Of a stretch of 64,000 nt of DNA, positions 18,887 through 28,821 are shown in pieces. The notes under the pieces were generated by a model. It did not search any database. It worked only from the letters and a program-made list of their open reading frames with translations, and was not told where the DNA came from. Position 1 is the stretch's first letter, and every line of letters begins with the position of its first letter. The position numbers and the translations under genes are program-made. The DNA is from Candidatus Obscuribacteraceae bacterium (lineage in GTDB: Bacteria; Cyanobacteriota; Vampirovibrionia; Obscuribacterales; Obscuribacteraceae), in contig JBGAHS010000007.1 in the NCBI GenBank assembly GCA_044226015.1, forward strand, positions 1-64,000. Reading direction: 5' to 3'.

Positions 18887-21800
18887 TCAAAGCCAATTAA
18901 TCGCGTTTTTGCAGCGGATGATTCCTTCTTCATCATTGCAGCGCTCATACATTGATTTCGCTTCTGACCAATTTTGAACCGACTCAAAACACTTGCCGGC
19001 TCTCTTCCAATTCTTGCTCTGCTTAAAACAGTCTGCAGCTTTGCTCATCTCTCCGTTCTGCTCATAAATCTCAGCAGCCTCGGAAAATAGTTTGCATTTT
19101 TCAAGACTGTCTGCTTGTTTGAGAAACATCATGCATTCTTTGTAGTATCCGGCAGCAGCTTTGAAGTCCTTCTTCAATTCCAGTAACTGAGCGGCTGCAG
19201 AGACTTTTTTGTTCTCAAAACACCATGAGAGAAGTTGCCTGAAGTTGGCTTCATCTTTTGAGCGTATTTTGGAATTGCTCGAAATAAGTTCAAACGCTTG
19301 CGTGACTTGCCCTGATACCACATACAGTTTGGCTGCTTCAAACGATTTGTCGATTTTGGCCAGGCAGTTTGCCGCCTGTAAATTGTTATCGGCTTGAACG
19401 TACAGTTTTGATGCCTGAAGATAATCACCTTTTTTCTCGGCAGCCAGCGCAGCCTCCGTTATTGCTCCTGATTCCAGATAGTTGAGTATCGCATTCTCAA
19501 AATCAGAAAGCTTGTCATAGCATCGTGCCGCAATCAGCTTGTTATCACAGGCTTTTGCGAGTTCGAGTGCTTTCTTGTAATCAGTCGCCTGCTCTGATGC
19601 CAGAGCCGCGTCATTTAATCGTTTGGCTTTCTCGAATTGATCTGCTGCTTCACCGTAACTTTTGATTTTGATAAACAGCTCGGCAGATTTGAGATGTTCT
19701 CCAGCCTCAGCATATGCAATCGCCGCATCTTCAATTTTGTTTGATCTCAAGAAATAGTCCGCAGCTTTTATGTTAAGTTCAGCATCCTTTGCTACGCATG
19801 CAGCATCATCCCATCTGTTAAGCTTTTCGTAAATCACGATTGCTTTTTCAAATTCAGCTCCCCGATGGAAACAATGAGCAGCACTCTCTTCATCTTTGCA
19901 TCGAAGGAAATTGTTGCCAGCTTCTGTGAAGAGTCCTGCTGATTGTTGAAGGACCGCTGCCTTCTTGAAATTGTTTGCTTGCTCATACAAGTTTGCTGCG
20001 ACAGTTGTAAGTCCTGCTTCTTCGCTTGCGTTCGCCGCGTCCTCTAAGTTTCCACACTTATGAAAACACTGGGCTGCCGTTTCCCAGTCTTCACTCCTGG
20101 CGTGCAGAATTCCAGCGCGCTGAAACTCCCCTTGCTTCTCACAGCAACGTGCTGCCTCTGACCACATTTCCAATTTTTCAAACTCTGCAGCCGCTGAAGC
20201 TAGTTGATCGCTTTTCTCATATGCTTGCGCCAGCTCATAATCTAAACCTGCTCTCTTGAGATACGAGATAGCCTGCTCAAATCTATTGAGCCTGACCAGC
20301 GCTTTGCCTTGAGCTGCATAATCGAAACAACGATTCCACAAGAGAAGAGCCTTATCCCTGCATTCGGCTCCAAATGGAGATAGAGCCGCTTCATTATCGG
20401 ACTTTGAAAGTTCAACGAGTACTCTTTCAAAAAGCTCATCTGCTATCTTTCTTTCTAGAAAGATTACATTGTAGTTGGGCATTTCCAGCTCTCGACGAGT
20501 CCAAAAATTTTCCAGACCATCTTTCTGTTCCCTTAGATCTACCAAACCGAAGAAATCAGCGCTGGCAATTTGTTTTGCACTCAAATAAGACAGAAAGTTC
20601 TCATAGTCTTCGTTTGATACCACTAGCAGCAAATTCTTGCGTGCTCTGCTCATTCCCATGTACCAGAGATCACCAATTCGAGCAGAATTGCGCAAAACAT
20701 TCTCAGCCGAGGAAAATGCTCGATATATGATGACATCTTCGAACTCTAATCCCTTACTCTTGCTCAGCGGCAAAATAAAGATCGAACGACTCTTGCTCAA
20801 ACGACGTTGCAAGAAGTCCAGCGACTCAGCATTTTCGACCAGAACTACTAGTGGGTTGTCGCTTTGACTGCTCTCATCTTTCTCCAACAGAAATTGCAAA
20901 AACTCATCATCATTTGACTTGACCAACACTGGCTTTTCGCCAGTTGTCTCAGGAGCCAGTCCCAGGTCTTGCGTTTCAGCTCCAAGCTTACGCAAGAATG
21001 TTGCCAACTTATGTATTTCTTGCGTATTACGATAATTTTTATGCAGTTGAACCTTTTTCAACGCATTTGGTCTGCGTATCTTTTTCAGGATTGTTTGCAG
21101 ATAGGACTCCAGTTCTTGCCAGCGAAACCCTGACCTGCTGATGTTCTGGTTCGTGTCACCGCAAAATAGAGGAAAGCTCGAAAGCTCGGCGCTTTGTGTG
21201 CAATGGTTTTCCCAGAAAAGAAGAATCGACTTCCATTCGAGTTCTGTAAAGTCTTGAATCTCATCGATGACTATCCATAACTTTTTTTGCGCATCAGCAA
21301 GCAGTGCGCTGCTCTTTAACGTCTCATAACTAAGCCGAATCAAATCTGCTTCATCAAGGAAATTCCGTTGCTCGAGTTTCGCTTGATAAAACGAAAAGAT
21401 TTCGAGCGTGTCCTCTAAGCTATCAGGCATTCGTCCATAGTCTCGAAAGATTCTTTCGTAGTCCTCTCGAGAAGACGGAAGTCGCTCACTATCAGGCATA
21501 AACCGACCTTTCAAAATGGAATAAAAAGTTCCATAAAGATCAGCTGCATCAAAGTTTCTGAGCCAGCGAGATTTTTGATTTAGAATCTGTCGAATGATTG
21601 AAAGCGATTCATCTTTATCAATCCAATTTTGTTTGTTTTCTTTGCGTACCTGTTTTTTGAGATAGCGTCGGCAGAAATCCAGATAAGAAAACACTTTGAT
21701 GCCAGAATTGGCAGAACTTTCTTCATCAGTGCCAAGCAGGTTCACTTTGTAAGAGCGACAAACACATGCTAACTCTTCATGATATGTGAATAGGTAAATG

Positions 21801-22444
21801 AGATCGTCGGGTTGCTCTTCATATGTTTGCAGCGCGAAAAACAGTGCCAGTGTGGTTTTTCCTGTTCCCGCAGGACCTTGAATCAGGAAGCACCTTTCCT
21901 TTTCCGCAAGCAGATCTTCTTGTTCTTCACTCAGTCTAAGATATCGGTCGAGACTCTTTTCAAATTGAAGGTGTCTGGATGGATCCAACAAAAGATATTG
22001 AGGCACCCGAAACAACTGCATTTCAGTAGGTGAGGAATCTTTCAAAACTTCAATCGCGATGGCATTAGCCCTGGCGTTGGCTTGCGATTCACTTTCTTGA
22101 AGATTTTCCTCATTCAAAACTTCAAGCCTGTTGGATTTTAAAGTGCTGCGATCTGCCCGCTCATAAGCTTTGTCATGATGATTGATTTCATGAATAATCA
22201 GAGCAATCGTATTGCTCTCTTTAATCATCGAGAATATCAAACGAAAATCGCGACTCATTCTCGCTGAATACAGTCTTTCGCTTTTTCCCTGCAATTTTTC
22301 GACGTTCAGCCCGGGAATCTCAAAACGCCCGTCCCTTAGTTTTGATACAAGCTCCCAGAATTTACGATGCAACTGCGCTTGCACAACCTTGTTCAGAGAA
22401 GAGCGCACATGAGGGCTTATATAGACAGTGGCAAAACTAACCAT
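18887..22444 (-). CDS. UvrD-like SF1 helicase with N-terminal RelE-like domain and C-terminal TPR/SNAP-like repeats
   Basis: LSEEQ, GPAGTGKTT, IDEIQD, GDTNQ, NYRNTQEI, SKGLEFEDV, YMGMSRAR; ~480 aa of helical repeats. Confidence 0.88.
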   Translation of the reverse strand: MVSFATVYISPHVRSSLNKVVQAQLHRKFWELVSKLRDGRFEIPGLNVEKLQGKSERLYSARMSRDFRLIFSMIKESNTIALIIHEINHHDKAYERADRSTLKSNRLEVLNEENLQESESQANARANAIAIEVLKDSSPTEMQLFRVPQYLLLDPSRHLQFEKSLDRYLRLSEEQEDLLAEKERCFLIQGPAGTGKTTLALFFALQTYEEQPDDLIYLFTYHEELACVCRSYKVNLLGTDEESSANSGIKVFSYLDFCRRYLKKQVRKENKQNWIDKDESLSIIRQILNQKSRWLRNFDAADLYGTFYSILKGRFMPDSERLPSSREDYERIFRDYGRMPDSLEDTLEIFSFYQAKLEQRNFLDEADLIRLSYETLKSSALLADAQKKLWIVIDEIQDFTELEWKSILLFWENHCTQSAELSSFPLFCGDTNQNISRSGFRWQELESYLQTILKKIRRPNALKKVQLHKNYRNTQEIHKLATFLRKLGAETQDLGLAPETTGEKPVLVKSNDDEFLQFLLEKDESSQSDNPLVVLVENAESLDFLQRRLSKSRSIFILPLSKSKGLEFEDVIIYRAFSSAENVLRNSARIGDLWYMGMSRARKNLLLVVSNEDYENFLSYLSAKQIASADFFGLVDLREQKDGLENFWTRRELEMPNYNVIFLERKIADELFERVLVELSKSDNEAALSPFGAECRDKALLLWNRCFDYAAQGKALVRLNRFEQAISYLKRAGLDYELAQAYEKSDQLASAAAEFEKLEMWSEAARCCEKQGEFQRAGILHARSEDWETAAQCFHKCGNLEDAANASEEAGLTTVAANLYEQANNFKKAAVLQQSAGLFTEAGNNFLRCKDEESAAHCFHRGAEFEKAIVIYEKLNRWDDAACVAKDAELNIKAADYFLRSNKIEDAAIAYAEAGEHLKSAELFIKIKSYGEAADQFEKAKRLNDAALASEQATDYKKALELAKACDNKLIAARCYDKLSDFENAILNYLESGAITEAALAAEKKGDYLQASKLYVQADNNLQAANCLAKIDKSFEAAKLYVVSGQVTQAFELISSNSKIRSKDEANFRQLLSWCFENKKVSAAAQLLELKKDFKAAAGYYKECMMFLKQADSLEKCKLFSEAAEIYEQNGEMSKAADCFKQSKNWKRAGKCFESVQNWSEAKSMYERCNDEEGIIRCKNAINWL

Positions 22445-22570
22445 AAGAACTATATATTCTACTTCGCGCTCGTCACCTGATACCGAATTTTGCGGTCATT
22501 TGTAAGCTATTAGGGTAAACTAGAGAGAAGGTTTACTACGCGTCCGAGCTTGAGTCTAAGGAGTATGGAA

Positions 22571-22774
22571 ATGAGAAAAGCGTTTATCTTGTCCCTCATG
22601 GGAATGTTCTTGCTGTCAATCAGCAGCCCAGCAATGGCTGATGACAACAAAATGGTTGCTGGCGCTAAGACGCTCGGCAAGGGAATTATGTGGGGACCGA
22701 AGAAGCTCTGGGAAGGAACCAAGAAGGGTTTTGGAGCAATGGGCAACGGTGCCAAGAAGCTTATGGGTAAATAA
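22571..22774 (+). CDS. Small secreted hypothetical protein
   Basis: RBS AAGGAG, signal peptide ending AMA, terminator downstream. Confidence 0.75.
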   Translation: MRKAFILSLMGMFLLSISSPAMADDNKMVAGAKTLGKGIMWGPKKLWEGTKKGFGAMGNGAKKLMGK

Positions 22775-22820
22775 TCTACAATGATTCCTATCGGAGTCGA
22801 GTAGTTACCTGATATTCATT

Positions 22821-22854
22821 AAAAAAGGATTGCCTCTTACGGGCAATCCTTTTT
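22821..22854. terminator. Bidirectional terminator
   Basis: AAAAAGGATTGCC/GGCAATCCTTTTT. Confidence 0.85.
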
Positions 22855-22992
22855 ATTTGCTAATTAGTTTGGCTGAACCAACTAGCTAATTGTCTTGTCA
22901 GCATCTTCAGCAGGAACTGTTTTCGAAATAAATTGAGCTTTGTGGCGTGGTATCACATACGGTGGCTTGATGATCGTGTTGGAATGCGCTCC

Positions 22993-23853
22993 CTAAAGCT
23001 TTGAAGCCTCTTCAACTGTGCTACACAGCAGGTCTTCACTCAAGGAATTCTCGAAGAAATTTAAATGCAATAGAAACTCTATGTTGCCCTGTGGTCCTTT
23101 AATAGGTGAAAAGGTTACGGCTCGTGCATAAATTCCGCAACTTGCTAGATCGCTAATCGTTGTTTTCAAAACCTGCAAATGCACATCCTTCGAACGCACG
23201 ACTCCACCCTTGCCTACGTTTTCAGGGCCCGCCTCAAACTGAGGCTTTACCAACGCAACAATTTCTCCGCTAGCTTCTTTCAAACACACTTTGACTGCGG
23301 GCAGTACCTTGCTCAGTGAAATGAAGGAGACATCGATAACTGCCAGGTCTGCATAATCGCTTTGATCCACTTCTGCATACAGCTGCGCAGTACTTATTTT
23401 TCGAGCATTTGTCCTTTCGATGACTTTTACTCTTTCATCAGTTCGCAACGACCATGCAATTTGCCCATACCCGACATCAATTGAGTAAACGAATTTGGCA
23501 CCGGACTGCAGCAAACAATCTGTGAACCCACCAGTCGATGCTCCAATGTCAAGACAAATGCGATCCTTTGCATCGATCTTGAACTCCTGCAGAGCCTTCT
23601 CTAGCTTAAAACCACCTCTGCTGACATATTTCTGGACCTTCCAAGCACTGGTAAATTCAATTTTTGCCCCTTCTTTTATAAGGGTTCCTGATTTTGTAAC
23701 TTTCTGACCATTTACTAAAACAACGCCACTCATAATGGCTGCCTGCGCTATTTGCCTTGAAGCGCAGTAACCCAGCTCTTCAAGGAGGAGGTCAAGACGT
23801 TTTCCTTTTGGTGTCATTGCTTTACCCAATAATTTACGATCTTTGATCAGCAT
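22993..23853 (-). CDS. tlyA: TlyA-family rRNA 2'-O-methyltransferase
   Basis: S4 domain (RLDLLL), YVSRGGFKL, LDIGASTGGFTD, LVKPQFE, SPIKG; true start may be 23817. Confidence 0.95.
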   Translation of the reverse strand: MLIKDRKLLGKAMTPKGKRLDLLLEELGYCASRQIAQAAIMSGVVLVNGQKVTKSGTLIKEGAKIEFTSAWKVQKYVSRGGFKLEKALQEFKIDAKDRICLDIGASTGGFTDCLLQSGAKFVYSIDVGYGQIAWSLRTDERVKVIERTNARKISTAQLYAEVDQSDYADLAVIDVSFISLSKVLPAVKVCLKEASGEIVALVKPQFEAGPENVGKGGVVRSKDVHLQVLKTTISDLASCGIYARAVTFSPIKGPQGNIEFLLHLNFFENSLSEDLLCSTVEEASKL

Positions 23854-23918
23854 ATATATTCTGGAGCAAAAGTCGTAAAATGATGGAAACTGAATAAGTG
23901 TTGTCTTTACCTTGGCCT

Positions 23919-24002
23919 GGAGCAGACCTGGCTGGATGAAGAAACCGCCTTGAAAGCGGCTGCCCTGTAATGGGGTTGGGGGTTCGAGTCCCTCCTGCTC
24001 CG
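23919..24002 (+). tRNA. tRNA-Ser(UGA) with long variable arm and atypical D-arm
   Basis: Acceptor GGAGCAG/CTGCTCC plus G73, loop CTTGAAA, T-arm GGGGG-TTCGAGT-CCCTC; CCA not encoded. Confidence 0.8.
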
Positions 24003-24010
24003 AGGATTAG

Positions 24011-24042
24011 AAAAAGCGCTTCGCATTTGCGAGGCGCTTTTT
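24011..24042. terminator. Bidirectional terminator
   Basis: AAAAAGCGCTTCGC/GCGAGGCGCTTTTT. Confidence 0.85.
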
Positions 24043-24045
24043 CAT

Positions 24046-26538
24046 TTAGTATTCCGTAAATGTGAATTCGTTTGCTTCTTCGTTTACCTGCACCAACACT
24101 TTGTTTTCCTTGGTGCGGGGTGGCATCGGGAACGGAGCTTTGCTGGTTATGGCCTTCAAAACTGCTTTATCAACCTCATCCATTCCAGAGGCATACTTCT
24201 TCTCAAGATGCGCAACAGATCCGTCTGCTTCGATTTCAAAGTTGTACTGGCAACGATTTGCTCTTTCAGCATCGAGCGGTGCCTTGTATGCCGCTTTTAT
24301 CAGGTTTCCGACGTTCTGTCGGTACGCATCTATTTCTTCGGGAGTGGCTTCATCACTAGCACCATTGGCTGATTGCTGTGCGCCTTCCACCTTTTCTACA
24401 AACATTCGTTCAATTGTATTGACGGTGTTTTTGTAGTCTAGATCGCCAGAATCTTTGAATGGAGTTGCAACCACCAAAATAGATTTTTCCGGGTCTGCTG
24501 AAGTGAAAGCACCTACCAGGGCTACTGTCTCTTTATCGTCTTTGCTCAAATAACGAATAGCTTTCCAGTAGAAATTGTGCACTTCTGATTGACCACTCTG
24601 AATGACTTTTCCTTGAAGTGGTTTCAGCTCGACAAAGGGGGGCTGTTTTGCATTGGACTCAACTGCGCTGCCTACATCTGCATTAGGCCAGGCGACCAGG
24701 ATGATTTTTTGATTGTGTTGTTCTGATTCCATTCCAAAGGAAAGTTTGGGCGCAGTTCGCTCGGAGGTATCTGTAAATTCAAACGGAGGAATTGTTTCAC
24801 TTCGGAAAGAAGCAAGCTTGAGTCCCTGTTTGAGTGCTTCACCTCCAGTCGGAACTTTTGGCTGATTTGATGCAATTGCTGGTTTCTTTACTGGAATTGG
24901 CTGCACAACTGCAGTCGGTCTTGGCGCCATCATGGCTATAAAAGACATCGCCAATCCAATGACAAACATTCCGCCGCCAGCACCCAAAATTTGCAATTTG
25001 CTGAACTTTTGCAGAAATTCTGGTTCGTTGCTAGTTGTTTGTGGCATCTGTTGACTGGGATATTCTCCAGTATCTTTAGATCCAGCAGATTCCAACACAG
25101 CAGCCTGAACTGCCCTGGTTTTCATTCCAGTTATTGTGCCTCTGCCCGACACCATAGTTGGTAATTCTTCTGCTTCGACCTCAATGTTTTCCTCAGCGCT
25201 GGCATGAGCACGCATTCTTTTCGCGCTCATGTCTGACAGCGATCCGATCCAGTTCATCTGGCTCAGTGGAAACGGCGGTGGAGAAGGCAGGTTTGCGGTG
25301 AATTTTCCATTGTGCAGACCAATTAGCCTTCCATCTCTTAAAACGATCGCCCCGTACTTCGCATTCGGCAACGGCATCGTATGCAAAAGCTTTGTCAGCT
25401 GAAGTAGCTGGTTTGAGCCAAAGTAATTCCCCTGGGCAAGCACAGGACTTGTCGAAACTTCGTCCAGATAGAAGCCTTGCAGGTTATCCCAGAACTTCAA
25501 ATCGACATCATGACCTGGGGTTAGCGGTGCGCCCAGTTGGCCCGAGCGGTGGTAGAAGTCTCCTTCTGCAATTCCAACCAGCCCGAGGTGTTTCATTTCC
25601 CAAAGGGCTTGAATCGCTGTATAAGTATCGACAGAGAGTTTCTCCGCTAAATTGGAAATCGAAAGGGCTCCATCAAGATTGTTCCATATGCGCTCCACGA
25701 CCCAGCGAATCTGATTGTTTATCTGGTTCGGATCAATGTTTGGCTTGGTACGCACATAGCGTGCATTCGGACCACCAAGCGCATCAATCATACGAGGAAT
25801 ATCTTGTGTTCGCCGGCTGGCTTCACTGGCAAGCTGGTCGGTTGGCATTTGTATCTCTGGAATACCAGACCAATTTAAGTTGCTAGTGCTCTGCAAAACA
25901 AAATTGCCGCCCGGCTTTCGCCACATCAACTCGCAAACGGCGAATTCATTTTGTAAATTGAGAAACGAAGCTTTTAGAATCTTGTTGCTCTTGATCAGAA
26001 TTCGGCAGAACGGTACTTTACGCTCATCGTAGAAACTGAGCACTCCGTTGCGACCACTCATGATCGCTTTCTGCAATATGTTGCCAGTTTCGCCCTCTCT
26101 CATTCCCCCCGATAAGTCTTGCGCTGAAATGGTCAGAGGTAGAGACAGTGCTCTGTTCAATTCCTGCATCTTTTCAGGAGATAGGTCCGGAATTTCAGCA
26201 TCGATAGTTATAGTTGCTATGTCATTTTCGAAATTCGGAGATTGTGGAGTTATCTCCGTCGTTTGAGAAAGATAAAAATCTCTGGCCGCACGTTTGTTGA
26301 ATTCTGGATGCAGCGAAATAGCTTTGACTGAAAAAGTCAAATCTGGATATGGAAACTTTACAAGTAGTGCCCAAGGAGCATCAGCATAGTTTGCGACAGA
26401 ACTTGCCAGAATGACCATTCGACTTTTTGAGATGATCCAAGCTTGTCCGATAACCTTTTCGGGGATAACAGTTCTGTCAACAACAAATCCCGTAACGTCC
26501 GAAAGTGCTTGTACTGTCTTATCCAAAACCGTTGACAT
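24046..26538 (-). CDS. Multidomain membrane protein: degenerate trypsin-like, DUF4388-like, wHTH, TM and C-terminal TonB_C/TolA-like domains
   Basis: HPEFN..NDIA; NILQ..GRNGVL; LDGALSISNLAEKL; TM near aa 515-540; FEIEADGSV..SGMDEVDKAVLKAI..APFP. Confidence 0.7.
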   Translation of the reverse strand: MSTVLDKTVQALSDVTGFVVDRTVIPEKVIGQAWIISKSRMVILASSVANYADAPWALLVKFPYPDLTFSVKAISLHPEFNKRAARDFYLSQTTEITPQSPNFENDIATITIDAEIPDLSPEKMQELNRALSLPLTISAQDLSGGMREGETGNILQKAIMSGRNGVLSFYDERKVPFCRILIKSNKILKASFLNLQNEFAVCELMWRKPGGNFVLQSTSNLNWSGIPEIQMPTDQLASEASRRTQDIPRMIDALGGPNARYVRTKPNIDPNQINNQIRWVVERIWNNLDGALSISNLAEKLSVDTYTAIQALWEMKHLGLVGIAEGDFYHRSGQLGAPLTPGHDVDLKFWDNLQGFYLDEVSTSPVLAQGNYFGSNQLLQLTKLLHTMPLPNAKYGAIVLRDGRLIGLHNGKFTANLPSPPPFPLSQMNWIGSLSDMSAKRMRAHASAEENIEVEAEELPTMVSGRGTITGMKTRAVQAAVLESAGSKDTGEYPSQQMPQTTSNEPEFLQKFSKLQILGAGGGMFVIGLAMSFIAMMAPRPTAVVQPIPVKKPAIASNQPKVPTGGEALKQGLKLASFRSETIPPFEFTDTSERTAPKLSFGMESEQHNQKIILVAWPNADVGSAVESNAKQPPFVELKPLQGKVIQSGQSEVHNFYWKAIRYLSKDDKETVALVGAFTSADPEKSILVVATPFKDSGDLDYKNTVNTIERMFVEKVEGAQQSANGASDEATPEEIDAYRQNVGNLIKAAYKAPLDAERANRCQYNFEIEADGSVAHLEKKYASGMDEVDKAVLKAITSKAPFPMPPRTKENKVLVQVNEEANEFTFTEY

Positions 26539-26692
26539 TAAATAACCCAGATACGACTTCCAAAATGTTATACCACAATAATGGCAAAGCTTACGTTGTA
26601 CCTAAAAACTACCCTCTTACGCCATCTTCTTAGCAGCTGCGGGAAATTCATAGCTTGGGAGAAATAGTCCGGAAACCTTGTCAGCAGAGACA

Positions 26693-27250
26693 TTAATCTG
26701 CTGAGCCCGCTTCCTGATTCGCAACCGTATATGGTGGCAGATTCTGCGCCCTGCTTGATTGCTTGTCGCTACTGATTGCTGCTGCCCCGCTCGCTTTCAG
26801 GGGTGTTATGAGCTTGCCCGCAACAGCCTTGCTCCAGGACGGGAAACACCAGTTACAGGGTGTCATTCCAGCTTGTCTGGCCTTTTCTTTCTGCTCAAAA
26901 CATATTTGTCTGTGCTTGGCCATTGCCCTGGCAAATTCACATTCAGGTCTGTGGAACTTCATGGACTCAATATTGCCAATAAAATTGCTCAGAGCCCCAC
27001 GGAAATAGTACTCATTTGCTTTCTCTTCAGAAAGTGTTGCATTCTGGCAAATGTTCTCATTTGAAAAACCTGCTTCCGGCAAATTCCAATCAGATTTCGC
27101 TTTCTTCTTTATTGAGCAAGATCCAGCATTTTTTTCCTCAGCATCGCAAACCAATATGCAAGCCAGGTTGATTGCGATTGCCGCAATCAAAGGAGAGGAT
27201 CTTCGTTTATTTGAATACGTCATACTCTTTAGACGGAAATTTTCCGTCAA
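26693..27250 (-). CDS. Ada-type metal-binding domain protein
   Basis: GNIESMKFHRPEC...AGMTPCNWCFP. Confidence 0.75.
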   Translation of the reverse strand: MTENFRLKSMTYSNKRRSSPLIAAIAINLACILVCDAEEKNAGSCSIKKKAKSDWNLPEAGFSNENICQNATLSEEKANEYYFRGALSNFIGNIESMKFHRPECEFARAMAKHRQICFEQKEKARQAGMTPCNWCFPSWSKAVAGKLITPLKASGAAAISSDKQSSRAQNLPPYTVANQEAGSAD

Positions 27251-27351
27251 GAGTTCAATGCCTGTTTGTCAAAATGTTCTCGTGAAATCGCGGTTTTTCT
27301 GAGGGCTTGAGGTGAAATTTGCTGAAGCGCAGCATGAGCAATCTATCAGAA

Positions 27352-27666
27352 TTAACGCAGGCTCAAAACCGACTCACCGGCACACATTTTTCGCTCGATT
27401 CCCTTGACCCAGACTTTGAGTAATTCAAAATGCTCGTTCTGGCGAGCACTCAATTCTCGTGAGTCTTTCAGTTCGTTGTAGTATTTGAGCAGATTACTGA
27501 ATAAACGCATCAGTGCTTCAGATTGAGACTTACCATAACAACAAATATCCAACTCGGGAACGGAAACCATCACCGATTTTCCTTTTTGACAGAGTCTGGC
27601 TGACAAACTGCCCTCGCTCCAGGGAACAGGCAGTGTCCAGAAACTATCGATTTTTTTGCTTGCCAT
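27352..27666 (-). CDS. HicB-like small protein
   Basis: VSVPELDICCYGKSQSEAL resembles the HicB N-terminal signature. Confidence 0.55.
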   Translation of the reverse strand: MASKKIDSFWTLPVPWSEGSLSARLCQKGKSVMVSVPELDICCYGKSQSEALMRLFSNLLKYYNELKDSRELSARQNEHFELLKVWVKGIERKMCAGESVLSLR

Positions 27667-27873
27667 ATTTTTTTTCCATGATCGAAAAAAGAAACGATTT
27701 CGGAGAATTACGTTCTTTTTTCTTGAGGCGCTTAAGCTGCGGTCCTCGGGGTAATCAAGAAGTCTTAGACTAGTATATCCCCAAATTGGAAAATTGGTAT
27801 CAATTTTTCGCGCGAATAGATTTTTTTTCTACCATCTATCCGCCCGTATATGCAAAATGGCTATTTCTGGCTC

Positions 27874-28818
27874 TCAGACAGCGAGGAATGCTTGGCACTT
27901 TTGCAAAACTTCTTGCTCTATTTTTTCCATATCTTCTTCGTCAACATAAAACCAATTGATCTTTTCATTCATCTTGAACCACATCAGCTGACGCCTTGCG
28001 AGCTGGTAGTTATGTCGATCTGCTTGCTCTACAGCTTGCTCGAGTGTGTACTCACCCTGGAAATATTTCACTAGGTCTCTGTAGTTAACGGTATTCATGA
28101 CTTTTTGAGTAGGTCCAAATCTTTTGAGAAGGTCCTCAACTTCAGCAAGTAAGCCTGCCTCAAACTGTGCCTTGAGGCGCTTCTTCAACAAAACCTTCAG
28201 TTTCTCTCTGTCTTTAATTGTTAGCCCTATCCATAAAACATCAAAAGGTTCTTCTGCTGAATCTGCCAATTTTGAAAATGCTTCGCCACTCAAAAGGCAG
28301 ACCTCAAGCGCCCTTATAACTCTGAATAAGTCTCGCGGATTAAGTTTCTCCGCCGCCACAGGGTCCAGTTCCTTCAATCTCTCATGTAATGATCCTGGAG
28401 TTTTATCTTCTTGCTCTTTCAGTTGCGCTCTCAATGCGTCATTTGGTGGAACCTTAGGCATCTTCAGTCCTTCCAGAAGCGCTCGTGCATAAAAGCCTGT
28501 GCCGCCGCAAATAATTGGAAGCTTTCCCCGTTCGCTGATTTCTTTTATTGCGCTTGTGGCGCATTCTGCAAACTGAGCAGCTGTGAAATTTTCATCTGGC
28601 TCAACCACATCTATTAAATGATGAGGAACCGCAGCTTGTTCTGCTTTGCTTGGCTTGGCTGAACCAATGTCAAAATAGCGGTAAACATTTCTGCTATCGC
28701 AACAGATGATTTCACAGGGAATATGTCTGGCAAGAAACAAGCTAAGAGCCGTTTTGCCAGTGCAGGTAGGACCTACGATTGCAACAACTTTTTCTTTGCT
28801 CTGTACTGGACTGTTCAT
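27874..28818 (-). CDS. miaA: tRNA dimethylallyltransferase
   Basis: GPTCTGKT, DSRNVY, GSAKPS, PHHLID, GGTGFY, LARRQLMWF. Confidence 0.96.
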   Translation of the reverse strand: MNSPVQSKEKVVAIVGPTCTGKTALSLFLARHIPCEIICCDSRNVYRYFDIGSAKPSKAEQAAVPHHLIDVVEPDENFTAAQFAECATSAIKEISERGKLPIICGGTGFYARALLEGLKMPKVPPNDALRAQLKEQEDKTPGSLHERLKELDPVAAEKLNPRDLFRVIRALEVCLLSGEAFSKLADSAEEPFDVLWIGLTIKDREKLKVLLKKRLKAQFEAGLLAEVEDLLKRFGPTQKVMNTVNYRDLVKYFQGEYTLEQAVEQADRHNYQLARRQLMWFKMNEKINWFYVDEEDMEKIEQEVLQKCQAFLAV

Positions 28819-28821
28819 TTC

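Noticed and set aside
23919..24002. tRNA-Sec or allo-tRNA
   Set aside because: The anticodon is TGA (Ser), not TCA, and the stems fit a 7/5 fold rather than 8/5, 8/4 or 9/3.
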